A stretch of DNA of 60,591 bases from a virus: IMG/VR virus record IMGVR_UViG_3300037511_000274, one strand, 5' to 3'. Under the pieces are notes generated by a model that saw only the letters and a list, made by a program, of their open reading frames with translations, made no database searches and was not told the DNA's origin. The position numbers were made by a program, and so were the translations under genes. Positions 25,284-32,911 of this stretch are shown here, in pieces. How positions within the stretch are numbered: position 1 is the first letter of the stretch; each line of letters opens with the position of its first letter.

Positions 25284-25494
25284 TGGGATCGGTCGGACGG
25301 TCCCTACCCGTTCAACCCGGAGCGAGGGTTCACATCCGGGGCCGCCCGGCTCATCGCCAAGCGGGCTTACCGGAGCTACTGGTCCATCCAGGCACCGAAT
25401 CGAGCGGCCCGCGAAAACCGCCCGGCGCTGGTCTTTCGGGGGTCTTCAGGACCAGCGCGGTACACGTTACAGTGTTGCCGACAAGGTAGCAACC

Positions 25495-25512
25495 TTGACA
25501 CTTACTTGTCAG
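25495..25512. promoter_or_regulatory. dyad site TTGACACTTACTTGTCAG overlapping the exonuclease stop codon
   Basis: Arms TTGACA and TGTCAG. Confidence 0.45.
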
Positions 25513-26683
25513 ACTTCAGGCCCTTGGGCACCTTGATCGACAGTCGCCGGTGGGTGCTCTTGACCGTGTAGCGCTCGGCCACCTCGGGCATCTCCCGGCG
25601 CAACGCCTCCACGTCCAGGCGCGTGGTGTTGACGACCGGGTAGCCCACCACCTTCTTGTCACCGAGGTAGGCGGCGCCCGCGTCGGCGGTCATCAGCCGG
25701 AACCAGTTCTTGACCGCGTCCAGCTCGGTGTTGGCCCTGTCGGCCTCCTCCTTGGCCTCCTCGTACATCCGGAGCCATTCCTCCGCGTCGGCCCCGAGCT
25801 GGACGCTGGGCCGGATCACGTCCGGGTGCTGGTCCTTCAGCAGGCCCTCGGTGATCGGGTGCTTCAGGTCGTGCTCGGGGATCTTGTCCCCTAGCACGCT
25901 CTCCAGCCAGAAACGCTCGGCCGCGTCGGTCATCTCGCGGAACCACTCCCGATCGAAGTGGACTTCCACCGTGAAGAAGTCGCGCGCCTGGTTGGAGACG
26001 TAGCACCCCAGCCAGCCGATGGGGAGGCCAAGAATGCCGAGTTGCCACTGGAGCTGGGCCTGGTAGCTGAGCGGCGCGCGCCCCGTGCCGTGGCCGCTCG
26101 GCCGGATGGTGCCGGACTCCCAGTGCTCGTCATCACCGGCGGTCTTGCACTCGATCACGCCCAGGGCCTTCCAGGCGCGCGGCTTGGTCGCCAGCCGGTC
26201 CGGGGTCACCCGGATGAACGGCCGCTCCCGGTCGGCCCACAGTCCGCCAGCGAAGCGCGAGACCAGGCCGATCTCCTCGGCGGTCTTCTGGGCCACCACG
26301 TCCTCCAGCCGGTGGCCCCACTCGATCGGCGCGCCGGTCAGCTCCTCGTCCGGGAGATCGGAGGTCTTCTTCTTCCAGATGGACCACGTGGTCTCGTGCT
26401 CGTTCACGCCGATCAGCGCGCCCACCTCGGAGCCGCCGATCCCACCGAGGCGGGCCGCCAGCCAGGCGGGCCGACCGGCGCACTCGGGGAGGATGATCTC
26501 CGCCGGGCTGTTGGGCACCTGGGCGAACCGGTGCACCGGGTGCGGACATGCGAGGCGCCCGCCCGAGCGGGCCAGGTGGCGCTTGACCTCCTGGACCGCT
26601 CGGGCCTCCACCGTGGCGCGCGCCCGCTCGCGTTCCGCGATCTCCACGTCCGTGAAGAAAGCGGGCATGGCGTCGTCGGTCAC
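25502..26683 (-). CDS. YqaJ/lambda-Exo-type recombination exonuclease
   Basis: GGIGGSEVGALIG...IEWGHRLE...VIECKT pattern of the YqaJ family. 393 aa. Confidence 0.8.
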   Translation of the reverse strand: MTDDAMPAFFTDVEIAERERARATVEARAVQEVKRHLARSGGRLACPHPVHRFAQVPNSPAEIILPECAGRPAWLAARLGGIGGSEVGALIGVNEHETTWSIWKKKTSDLPDEELTGAPIEWGHRLEDVVAQKTAEEIGLVSRFAGGLWADRERPFIRVTPDRLATKPRAWKALGVIECKTAGDDEHWESGTIRPSGHGTGRAPLSYQAQLQWQLGILGLPIGWLGCYVSNQARDFFTVEVHFDREWFREMTDAAERFWLESVLGDKIPEHDLKHPITEGLLKDQHPDVIRPSVQLGADAEEWLRMYEEAKEEADRANTELDAVKNWFRLMTADAGAAYLGDKKVVGYPVVNTTRLDVEALRREMPEVAERYTVKSTHRRLSIKVPKGLKSDK

Positions 26684-26886
26684 TGCTCCCCCGTGGTGTC
26701 GCCAGCCTCGATGCTGATCGTGATCTCCTCGGGCCAGGAGCCGTTCACCTTCAGGCCCACCATGTGCTCCTTGCGCACGTAGACCTGACCGACGGCCACG
26801 GCCGTGGGGTTGGGCAGGGCGTAGACCACCGTGCCCGGGGTCTCCTTCTTCTTGGGGAGAACCATCTGGATCTTCACGATCTTCAC
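26680..26886 (-). CDS. hypothetical protein, 68 aa
   Basis: GTGA overlaps at both ends. High GC3. Confidence 0.6.
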   Translation of the reverse strand: MKIVKIQMVLPKKKETPGTVVYALPNPTAVAVGQVYVRKEHMVGLKVNGSWPEEITISIEAGDTTGEQ

Positions 26887-27272
26887 TCCCCCAGCAGGGC
26901 CGAGAACAGCGCGGCCCCCAGGTCGATGGCGCCCACGGTCACGGTCTCGATCTCGGCCAGCACGGCCGCCGTGCCGAGCCGCCGCCCGCTGGTGGTCAGC
27001 CAGGAGGCCAGCTCCTCGGAGTCGATGCCGTTCGGGCTCCGCTCGCCGGTCAGGTACCACTTGCCGCCGGTCTTGTAGCCCACGACCACGTACGGCCGCG
27101 AACGCCCGTAGGTGACCGTCAGGGCCAGGACGGTGCCGTCCACCAGGGCGCCGAAGTCCGGCAGGGACTCCAGCCGCTCCAGCTCCCGGCGCTTGCGCGC
27201 CAGCTCGGCCTCGGCCGCCGCCTCCAGCTCCGCGATCTCCTCGCGAAGCATTGCCTTCCTGCTGTTGATCAT
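26883..27272 (-). CDS. hypothetical protein, 129 aa
   Basis: N-terminal coiled coil. High GC3. Confidence 0.8.
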   Translation of the reverse strand: MINSRKAMLREEIAELEAAAEAELARKRRELERLESLPDFGALVDGTVLALTVTYGRSRPYVVVGYKTGGKWYLTGERSPNGIDSEELASWLTTSGRRLGTAAVLAEIETVTVGAIDLGAALFSALLGE

Positions 27273-27278
27273 CGTGCC

Positions 27279-27782
27279 CTAGACCTCTCGAACGATCTTG
27301 CTCAGCGTCTCCCGCTGAGCGACGGGGAGCGTGATCACCGGCGCGCCCAGGTGGTCGTTGACCGCCACCCAGAGCCACCAGGAGTCACACGCGTTGTCGT
27401 TGGTGAACTCGACCCCGCCCCGCTTCAGCGCGGCGATGGCCATTTCGGTCTTGCTCGCCCCGCCCTTGCCGGTGGCGTACTTCTTGTTGCTGGCCGGGGG
27501 AAACGTGGCGTACGGGATCCCGGCCTCGATCAGGCCGAGCCGGACGGCCCCGTGGACCGTGCCGGTGATCCCGGCCGACATCGACCGGTTCAGGTAGCCC
27601 TCGATCAGGACCAGCTCGGCGCCGTGCGAGAACTCCAAGACCCAGTTCTTGATCTCCGGGAGCCGGAGGTCCCTCACGCTCTTGGTCCGCAGGACGTGGG
27701 TACACGCGGCCCCCTCGACCGTGTGTGTCAGCCCTGGCTCCGAGATCGAGAGGTCCAGGCCCACCACCTTCAGCGGGTCCAC
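27279..27782 (-). CDS. RuvC-like Holliday junction resolvase
   Basis: VVGLDLS...LIEGY...KKYATGKGGASK...NDNACDSWW, the RuvC catalytic pattern. Confidence 0.85.
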   Translation of the reverse strand: MDPLKVVGLDLSISEPGLTHTVEGAACTHVLRTKSVRDLRLPEIKNWVLEFSHGAELVLIEGYLNRSMSAGITGTVHGAVRLGLIEAGIPYATFPPASNKKYATGKGGASKTEMAIAALKRGGVEFTNDNACDSWWLWVAVNDHLGAPVITLPVAQRETLSKIVREV

Positions 27783-27783
27783 G

Positions 27784-28068
27784 TCACTCTCCGTCCCGGC
27801 CGGAGCCGGTGCCCTCGCTCAGCAGCGCCTCGGCGGCCACGGCCACGGTGTTGGGCTCGTTCCGGATGTTCTCCAGGGTGAGCATCAGGCCGATGAACTC
27901 GGCCAGGTCCATCTCCACGTGGAGCGCGGCCAGGTCCGGCGAGACCTCCAGGACCACGCACGCCGTGGGCAGGCCCGGCAGGAACGTCCGGCCGTCCACC
28001 GGGACGTTCGTCTGGACGTAATCCCACTGCCGGAGGTTGAGGTCCTTGACCTCGATTGCGGTCCGCAT
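27784..28068 (-). CDS. hypothetical protein, 94 aa
   Basis: RBS GGAAGGAGGG. First gene after promoter 28096-28125. Confidence 0.8.
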   Translation of the reverse strand: MRTAIEVKDLNLRQWDYVQTNVPVDGRTFLPGLPTACVVLEVSPDLAALHVEMDLAEFIGLMLTLENIRNEPNTVAVAAEALLSEGTGSGRDGE

Positions 28069-28095
28069 CGGCGGCCCTCCTTCCTTCTGGTTGAT

Positions 28096-28125
28096 ACCTT
28101 ACCGTACTGACTGCAAGGTATGCAA
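28096..28125 (-). promoter_or_regulatory. promoter TTGCAT-N18-TAAGGT
   Basis: Reverse complement reads TTGCATACCTTGCAGTCAGTACGGTAAGGT. Confidence 0.55.
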
Positions 28126-28155
28126 CCCCGGATCTCGGGCCGCCGTTTCCGCAGC

Positions 28156-28794
28156 TCAGCCCTCGTTCGGGTGGGCATCCTCGGGGTAGCCGCACTGGGC
28201 CGTCATGACCAACACGCCGGTCTCCGGGCCGCCGCTGGACCCGGCCGGGAGCATGGCGGCGCACCCGTCCAGCTCGGTCTTGCCCGGCACGAACTGGTGG
28301 TCCCGCATGGCGGCCCGGCGAATGCGCTCGGAGCGCTCCTGGGCCTCGGCACGCTCGGCCGGGCTGGAGCCCATCAGCGGGTAGTCCTCCAGCGTGATGG
28401 TCTCGCGCACGTGGTAGCCCTCGGGCTCGCCCTCCTTGCGCTCCAGGCTGTCCTCGGGGTCAATGGCCAGCCCGGTGGCCCTCTCCGGGAACGGGTAGCC
28501 CAGCAGCGCGTAGAGGTCCCCCACGACCCAGTCCCGGGCCAGCACCTCCTCCCGGTCCTCCAGCACCCGGACGTAGCGGTCCAGGGCGTCGCGTAGCGTC
28601 GTGGGCTCGCCCTCGCACAGGTCCAGGACGCCCTCCTCCGCCATCGCGTCCATGGCGCCGATGGCCTCCTCCACGACCTCGCGGGACTCGCCGCTCTCGG
28701 CCATCACCTGGCGGATGGCCTGCTCCCGGGCCAGCGCGTCGCGCCAGGCGCCGAGGTCGTCAGCCCCGGCCAGCAGCTTGGACAGTTCGCTCAT
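28156..28794 (-). CDS. hypothetical acidic protein, 212 aa
   Basis: Start trimmed to ATG 28794 after GGGGAGGGTGAG. The track N-terminus is just the translated promoter motif. Confidence 0.8.
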   Translation of the reverse strand: MSELSKLLAGADDLGAWRDALAREQAIRQVMAESGESREVVEEAIGAMDAMAEEGVLDLCEGEPTTLRDALDRYVRVLEDREEVLARDWVVGDLYALLGYPFPERATGLAIDPEDSLERKEGEPEGYHVRETITLEDYPLMGSSPAERAEAQERSERIRRAAMRDHQFVPGKTELDGCAAMLPAGSSGGPETGVLVMTAQCGYPEDAHPNEG

Positions 28795-28834
28795 CTCACC
28801 CTCCCCTAACGGCGGGCCTCTCCCACCGTCCATT

Positions 28835-28863
28835 ACTTTACCGGCATGACTGTGATGTGTCAA
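28835..28863 (-). promoter_or_regulatory. promoter module TTGACA-N17-TAAAGT
   Basis: Reverse complement reads TTGACACATCACAGTCATGCCGGTAAAGT. Confidence 0.7.
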
Positions 28864-28977
28864 CCCCTACGCGACATCACTCCAGGGGATCTCATAGCGC
28901 CCGCCGCTGGCGTAGGGGTCACCCCGCCGCAAGCGTGGGGCTGGCCCTGCCAGGAGCGCGCCTGGGCCGACGCAAGC

Positions 28978-29011
28978 GCCGGGGTCACCCCTTGGGGAGG
29001 GTGACCCCGGC
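28978..29011 (-). terminator. hairpin terminator (13-bp stem)
   Basis: GCCGGGGTCACCC-N8-GGGTGACCCCGGC, 20 nt after the stop of 29031-30278. Confidence 0.7.
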
Positions 29012-29030
29012 GCCGGTGCTGGCGTGCCGC

Positions 29031-30278
29031 TCAGCGCTCCAGGAACAGCGCGTCACAGTCGCCACAGTTGACCACCATCTTGGCGGCCACCTTCTTGGAG
29101 GCCCGGATGATGTTGGGCTCGGCGCACTCGCACGTCAGCTTGACGTTGCCGCCGTTGCTGGTGGTCGGCTCGGCCGGGCGGCCCTTGACCCCGTCGCCAC
29201 CCAGCGGGTCTCCGTTCAGGCCGCCCAGCAGGCCACCCAGGCCACCGAGCCAGCCGGGGAGCGAGACCACCAGGCTGATCTCGCGGTCCAGCTCCTCGAT
29301 CAGGTCGGCATATTCGGCCTTGGTCGCCTCGGTCAGGGTGACCGCCGAGAACCCCAGGGCTTTGTCCGCCTGGCCGTGGGTGTACTCCAGGCCCATCTCT
29401 TCGGCCAGCGTGCGGAACTTGGCGTTGTGCCACCGGTGCTGGCGGCTGGTGTCCTGGATGTCCCGGACCCGGGCCAGCGTGTGCGCGCCCTCGTGGAGCA
29501 TCGTCTGGAGCACCTGAAGCGCGCCCTTGGCCAGGGTCTCGCCCGCCATGAACATCTCGTTGAGCCGGAGCGCGGCGCCCTCGGTCCGGACGACCTCCCA
29601 TCCCTCGGCCCGGAAGTGGCCCCACTTCAGGCCGCCCGGGTTGGCGCCCATGCCGGTCACGATCACGGCGTCCGGAAGCTCCGGGTGGTTCTGGCGGATC
29701 CGCTCCCAGACCCGCTCCAGCAGCTCCACCACGGCGGAGCCGGTGTGCTTCTTGGCCGGTGCGTTCTCGGTGGTCGTGGCGGTCATGTCGTCCCCCTCGG
29801 GCTCGTCGTTGCTGTTGGTGTCAACCTTACCGTCATGACTGTGAAGTGTCAACGCCTCGGGCTCGTCAATCTCGACCGGCGCCGGGACCGGCTCGGCCAC
29901 GGGCTCGGGGGTCGGCTCGGGAGCCGGGGCCACCAGCACGTAGTTGGTGTCCGCGATGACGATCTGGACCCGCACCGGCTGGGAGCCACGGCCAGCGCCC
30001 ACGTGCGCCTCGTAGGCCGCCGCCGCGTCAACCGCGCCCTGGGTCGTGATGGCCACGTGCGTCTTGGTCTTGGTGGTCTTGACGACCACGCCCCGGCGCC
30101 GGTCGCCCATGGCGTCCACGTAGGCCACGGTGCCGATCTCCGGCGCCTTGGTCGGGGCCACCCAGGTCTCGCGGTGCATGATCTCCTTGTAGGTCCCGAT
30201 CAGCGCGATCAGGTCGGCCGTGGTGCCGTTGGTCAGCTCGAAGCTCCGCAGCTCGGCCGGGGTCTTGTAGATCGCCAT
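29031..30278 (-). CDS. SprT-like zinc metalloprotease domain protein with N-terminal extension (415 aa; internal start at 29786 gives 251 aa)
   Basis: MLHEGAHTLA (HExxH) plus C-terminal CECAEP...CGDCD zinc ribbon. RBS AGGAGGA at 30278. A full promoter plus RBS sits in frame at 29787-29852. Confidence 0.75.
   Translation of the reverse strand: MAIYKTPAELRSFELTNGTTADLIALIGTYKEIMHRETWVAPTKAPEIGTVAYVDAMGDRRRGVVVKTTKTKTHVAITTQGAVDAAAAYEAHVGAGRGSQPVRVQIVIADTNYVLVAPAPEPTPEPVAEPVPAPVEIDEPEALTLHSHDGKVDTNSNDEPEGDDMTATTTENAPAKKHTGSAVVELLERVWERIRQNHPELPDAVIVTGMGANPGGLKWGHFRAEGWEVVRTEGAALRLNEMFMAGETLAKGALQVLQTMLHEGAHTLARVRDIQDTSRQHRWHNAKFRTLAEEMGLEYTHGQADKALGFSAVTLTEATKAEYADLIEELDREISLVVSLPGWLGGLGGLLGGLNGDPLGGDGVKGRPAEPTTSNGGNVKLTCECAEPNIIRASKKVAAKMVVNCGDCDALFLER
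29824..29852 (-). promoter_or_regulatory. promoter module TTGACA-N17-TAAGGT embedded in frame inside ORF 29031-30278
   Basis: Reverse complement reads TTGACACTTCACAGTCATGACGGTAAGGT, followed by GAGGGGGA and ATG 29786. Confidence 0.65.
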
Positions 30279-30314
30279 CTCGTCCTCCTGGTTGTTCGTG
30301 CCCTGATGAGAACT

Positions 30315-30343
30315 ACTTTACAGGCATGACACTTCAGCGTCAA
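30315..30343 (-). promoter_or_regulatory. promoter TTGACG-N17-TAAAGT
   Basis: Reverse complement reads TTGACGCTGAAGTGTCATGCCTGTAAAGT followed by AGTTCT. A partial motif copy lies at 30351-30371. Confidence 0.65.
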
Positions 30344-30389
30344 CCTCCACGGCATGACTGTGAGGTAGACCACATCGGGCCTCCTGGCG

Positions 30390-30418
30390 TTGACACTTCA
30401 CAGTCAAGCCTGTAATGT
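30390..30418 (+). promoter_or_regulatory. promoter module TTGACA-N17-TAATGT
   Basis: TTGACACTTCACAGTCAAGCCTGTAATGT. Back to back with 30315-30343. Confidence 0.75.
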
Positions 30419-30469
30419 TTGTCGTGTCAGGGGGAACGGCCCCCGGACAGAGCGGAAGGAACAAGAACG

Positions 30470-30643
30470 ATGCGCAGCTACCTGACCGGCCTGAAGTTCG
30501 TGAACTACACCATCTCCGGCGAGGCGTCCTACGCCCGGATGACCGAGGAGGAGCTGACCACGCTCCGCGAGATCGCCTCCAAGAGCGAGGGCACGCTGGT
30601 CATCACCAGCGTCAAGGCCGACCGGCGCCGCACCGTCCGCTGA
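30470..30643 (+). CDS. hypothetical protein, 57 aa
   Basis: ATG after GGAAGGAA. High GC3. Confidence 0.65.
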   Translation: MRSYLTGLKFVNYTISGEASYARMTEEELTTLREIASKSEGTLVITSVKADRRRTVR

Positions 30644-30650
30644 CCCGCGA

Positions 30651-30675
30651 GGGCCGCCCCGGGGAGGGGCGGCCC
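30651..30675 (+). terminator. hairpin GGGCCGCCCC-GGGGA-GGGGCGGCCC
   Basis: 10-bp stem 8 nt after the stop codon. No T tract, so it may be an attenuator. Confidence 0.5.
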
Positions 30676-30699
30676 ACCCACCTGAAGGGACCACGAGAG

Positions 30700-30885
30700 A
30701 TGAACCAGGACCGTCGCAAGCAGGGCCGCAAGATCCGCCAGGTCGTCCGGCTGGACCGGGCATGGCGCGCCGGGGGCCGCCAGGAGGGCCGCACCGAGAA
30801 CGATCTGGCGTGGCGCCTGGGCCAGGCGTACCGGATGGGTGTGGGGCCGGATGCCGAGCGCGCCCGGCGCCGGGCCGCCCGGTAG
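30700..30885 (+). CDS. basic 61-aa protein
   Basis: ATG after GAAGGGA. Arg-rich. High GC3. Confidence 0.6.
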   Translation: MNQDRRKQGRKIRQVVRLDRAWRAGGRQEGRTENDLAWRLGQAYRMGVGPDAERARRRAAR

Positions 30886-30929
30886 TTGCATCGACAAGTA
30901 ATAAAAGTCCGGGCCGTTCCCGGACGCAC

Positions 30930-30963
30930 GAGAGCCCGCCGGGGGCACGTCCGGCGGGCTCTC
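30930..30963. terminator. bidirectional hairpin terminator (13-bp stem)
   Basis: GAGAGCCCGCCGG-N8-CCGGCGGGCTCTC between convergent genes. An AT-rich patch lies at 30886-30910. Confidence 0.7.
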
Positions 30964-30989
30964 GCTCTGGGCGGGGCAGGAAGAAAGCT

Positions 30990-31250
30990 TCAGGCGGCCA
31001 CGCCGATCAGGTCGGTCCGGGCGCCCTGGCCCGGCCGGTTGGCCTTCCACTCGTCCAGGTCGGCCCGCTTGAACACAGGCTTGTTGTACTGGTCCTCGAC
31101 CTCGTACCGGCTGATCTTAGGCCCGATGCCGCGCGCGTTGTAGCTGGAGAGCGTGTTCCGCTTCAGCCCCAGATACTCGCCCGCTGGCCCATAGCCCACG
31201 AACTCGTCCGGCGTCTCCTGCGCATCGGTGTCCGTCACGGTGTCACCCAC
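30990..31250 (-). CDS. helix-turn-helix DNA-binding protein (excisionase/MerR-like HTH_17)
   Basis: AGEYLGLKRNTLSSYNARGIGPK...FKRADLDEW. Confidence 0.75.
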   Translation of the reverse strand: MGDTVTDTDAQETPDEFVGYGPAGEYLGLKRNTLSSYNARGIGPKISRYEVEDQYNKPVFKRADLDEWKANRPGQGARTDLIGVAA

Positions 31251-31286
31251 TCCCCTTGTCTCGTGCGTCGCATGCTCGTCACGCTC

Positions 31287-31316
31287 ACTATACAGTCACG
31301 CCTTTTATGCGCACAA
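31287..31316 (-). promoter_or_regulatory. promoter TTGTGC-N18-TATAGT for the HTH gene
   Basis: Good -10 (TATAGT). Not a member of the conserved-spacer family, although ACAGTCACGCC resembles its core. Confidence 0.5.
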
Positions 31317-31341
31317 GCGCGGATGCCCAGGTCACAAGGGG

Positions 31342-31370
31342 TTGACACTTCACAGTCATGCCGGTAATGT
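31342..31370 (+). promoter_or_regulatory. promoter module TTGACA-N17-TAATGT
   Basis: TTGACACTTCACAGTCATGCCGGTAATGT, the consensus copy. Confidence 0.75.
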
Positions 31371-31418
31371 AATGGGTGTGAGGGGGACAGGCCCCCGGAG
31401 CAGGGAGGATTACCAGCC

Positions 31419-31646
31419 ATGGCCGTGCGAGTCACCTACACCGCGATCATCGACCAGGACGAAATGATCATCCGCCAGGCGTACCACGCCGGTGTTGACG
31501 GCCCGATCAAGTGGCTGGCGCGGCCCGCCAACCTGGACGATGCCGACACCGTCCTGAAGGCCCAGGGGTTCGAGCGCACCGAGCCGTGGGCCGTGAAGGT
31601 CGGTTACGCGGGCCTGAGCCTGGAGGCCAAGCTGGACCAGGTCTGA
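31419..31646 (+). CDS. hypothetical protein, 75 aa
   Basis: RBS GGGAGGA. High GC3. Confidence 0.8.
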   Translation: MAVRVTYTAIIDQDEMIIRQAYHAGVDGPIKWLARPANLDDADTVLKAQGFERTEPWAVKVGYAGLSLEAKLDQV

Positions 31647-31653
31647 GCAGGTC

Positions 31654-31680
31654 GGGGCCGACTTCAAAGAAGTTGGCCCC
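31654..31680 (+). terminator. hairpin GGGGCCGAC-N9-GTTGGCCCC
   Basis: 9-bp stem with one G-U pair, 8 nt after the stop codon. Confidence 0.5.
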
Positions 31681-31685
31681 ACCGG

Positions 31686-31714
31686 TTGACACTTCACAGT
31701 CAAGCCTGTAATGT
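31686..31714 (+). promoter_or_regulatory. promoter module TTGACA-N17-TAATGT
   Basis: TTGACACTTCACAGTCAAGCCTGTAATGT, identical to 30390-30418. Confidence 0.75.
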
Positions 31715-31763
31715 AGTGGATGTGAGGGGGACACGCCCCCTCCACAAGGCCAAGGAGGCCCCC

Positions 31764-32237
31764 ATGAACACCACCACCGCCACCATCACCGGCGTCTCGC
31801 TCGTCGTTGCCGAGCGCAACGACCTGGGCCTGGTCTGCCAGACCCTGGCCACCGAGGGCCGCCCGGCCACGCTGGCCGCCGCTGACACGGCGCTGGCGTT
31901 CTACTCCCTGGGCCGCACCTCGGCATGGGAGCTGGACAACAACGGTGGCGTGGAGGCGCCGGTGGCCAAGATCGACAACCGGTTCGATGGCACCGTGGCT
32001 GCGCGCCTGGACCAGGCCGTGGGCACCACCCACAACGAGTTCGAGCCGGTCTCGGCCACCACCGTCCGGAACGGTGACCTGATCACGGACCAGGAGTTCT
32101 CGGCCATCTACGTGGTGGCGGGCTCCTCGCTGGAGTCCGGCGCAATGAAGATCCACATGGTGGGCGAGGGCCAGACCTGGGAGGACCGCCACACCAGCAC
32201 CTTCACCGGGCTGGTGTGGGTGGCGCGCAAGCGCTGA
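31764..32237 (+). CDS. hypothetical protein, 157 aa
   Basis: ATG after AAGGAGG. High GC3. Confidence 0.8.
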   Translation: MNTTTATITGVSLVVAERNDLGLVCQTLATEGRPATLAAADTALAFYSLGRTSAWELDNNGGVEAPVAKIDNRFDGTVAARLDQAVGTTHNEFEPVSATTVRNGDLITDQEFSAIYVVAGSSLESGAMKIHMVGEGQTWEDRHTSTFTGLVWVARKR

Positions 32238-32248
32238 CCTCCCCGGCG

Positions 32249-32275
32249 GGGGCCGCTCCGGCGGCCCCTTCTTTG
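32249..32275 (+). terminator. intrinsic terminator GGGGCCGC-TCCG-GCGGCCCC followed by TTCTTTG
   Basis: Stem plus a T-rich tail. Its core is identical to 7061-7088. Confidence 0.75.
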
Positions 32276-32280
32276 TCGCC

Positions 32281-32298
32281 CTGACTGTAACGTTTCAA
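32281..32298. promoter_or_regulatory. degenerate dyad (reverse complement TTGAAACGTTACAGTCAG)
   Basis: AT-rich 18-mer between convergent genes. Each arm matches 4 of 5. Confidence 0.3.
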
Positions 32299-32315
32299 TC
32301 CTGGGTTTCCCCTGG

Positions 32316-32648
32316 TCAGGGGGAGGAAGGACACCCGGTCAGCGTGGCGCGATAGTCGTTCATCGCCTTCAGGACAGCCGCCTGGTCCGGGGTCAGCTTG
32401 ACGCCCTGGGCGCGCGCCGAGGACAGATCCAGGATCACGCACATGGCGCGATCCTGGCGCGCCCTCAGCGCGTCGCGCTCCTGCTCGGCCTCGCGCTGGG
32501 CATGCCAGATCCAGTACGAGAGCAGGCCGAACGAGACGAACAGCGCCAGGCCCCAGCTCATCAGGACCAGCCACACGCGCCTCGGGATCTCCCAGACCTC
32601 GGCCGTTGGCTTGCCCTCGCGCTCCACGAACTCGTGGACCTCCGTCAC
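32316..32648 (-). CDS. membrane protein, 110 aa
   Basis: GTGA overlap start. Transmembrane segment VWLVLMSWGLALFVSFGLLSYWIW. Confidence 0.75.
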   Translation of the reverse strand: MTEVHEFVEREGKPTAEVWEIPRRVWLVLMSWGLALFVSFGLLSYWIWHAQREAEQERDALRARQDRAMCVILDLSSARAQGVKLTPDQAAVLKAMNDYRATLTGCPSSP

Positions 32649-32911
32649 GGCTCAGCCCCCGCCGCGCTGGGAGAGGTAGATGGCGAGGAGGGCAACGGCT
32701 CCGGCGGCTCCGGTGGAGGCAACGAGGGTCTGGGCGCGGTACCTGGCCCGGAGAGCCAGAGCCTCAGAAAGCCCGGCCCGAGCATCGTCGCGCTGCTGAT
32801 GAGCATCAGCGGCCACGGGCCTGCCGTGTAGATGATCCATGTTCCCCAGGCGCCCCCGAGGAGCAGGAAGAATACGTCCCGCTGGAACGGTGGCAGTGCT
32901 CGGCGGCTCAC
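32645..32911 (-). CDS. membrane protein with Pro-rich tail, 88 aa
   Basis: GTGA overlaps at both ends favour this frame over 32652-32915. Confidence 0.5.
   Translation of the reverse strand: MSRRALPPFQRDVFFLLLGGAWGTWIIYTAGPWPLMLISSATMLGPGFLRLWLSGPGTAPRPSLPPPEPPEPLPSSPSTSPSAAGAEP

Noticed and set aside
25284-25494. A second tRNA or a tmRNA-like gene beside the tRNA-like gene (GGTTCACATCC and GGGTTGAACGGG resemble T loops).
   Set aside because: No consistent cloverleaf with acceptor, D and anticodon arms could be drawn on either strand.
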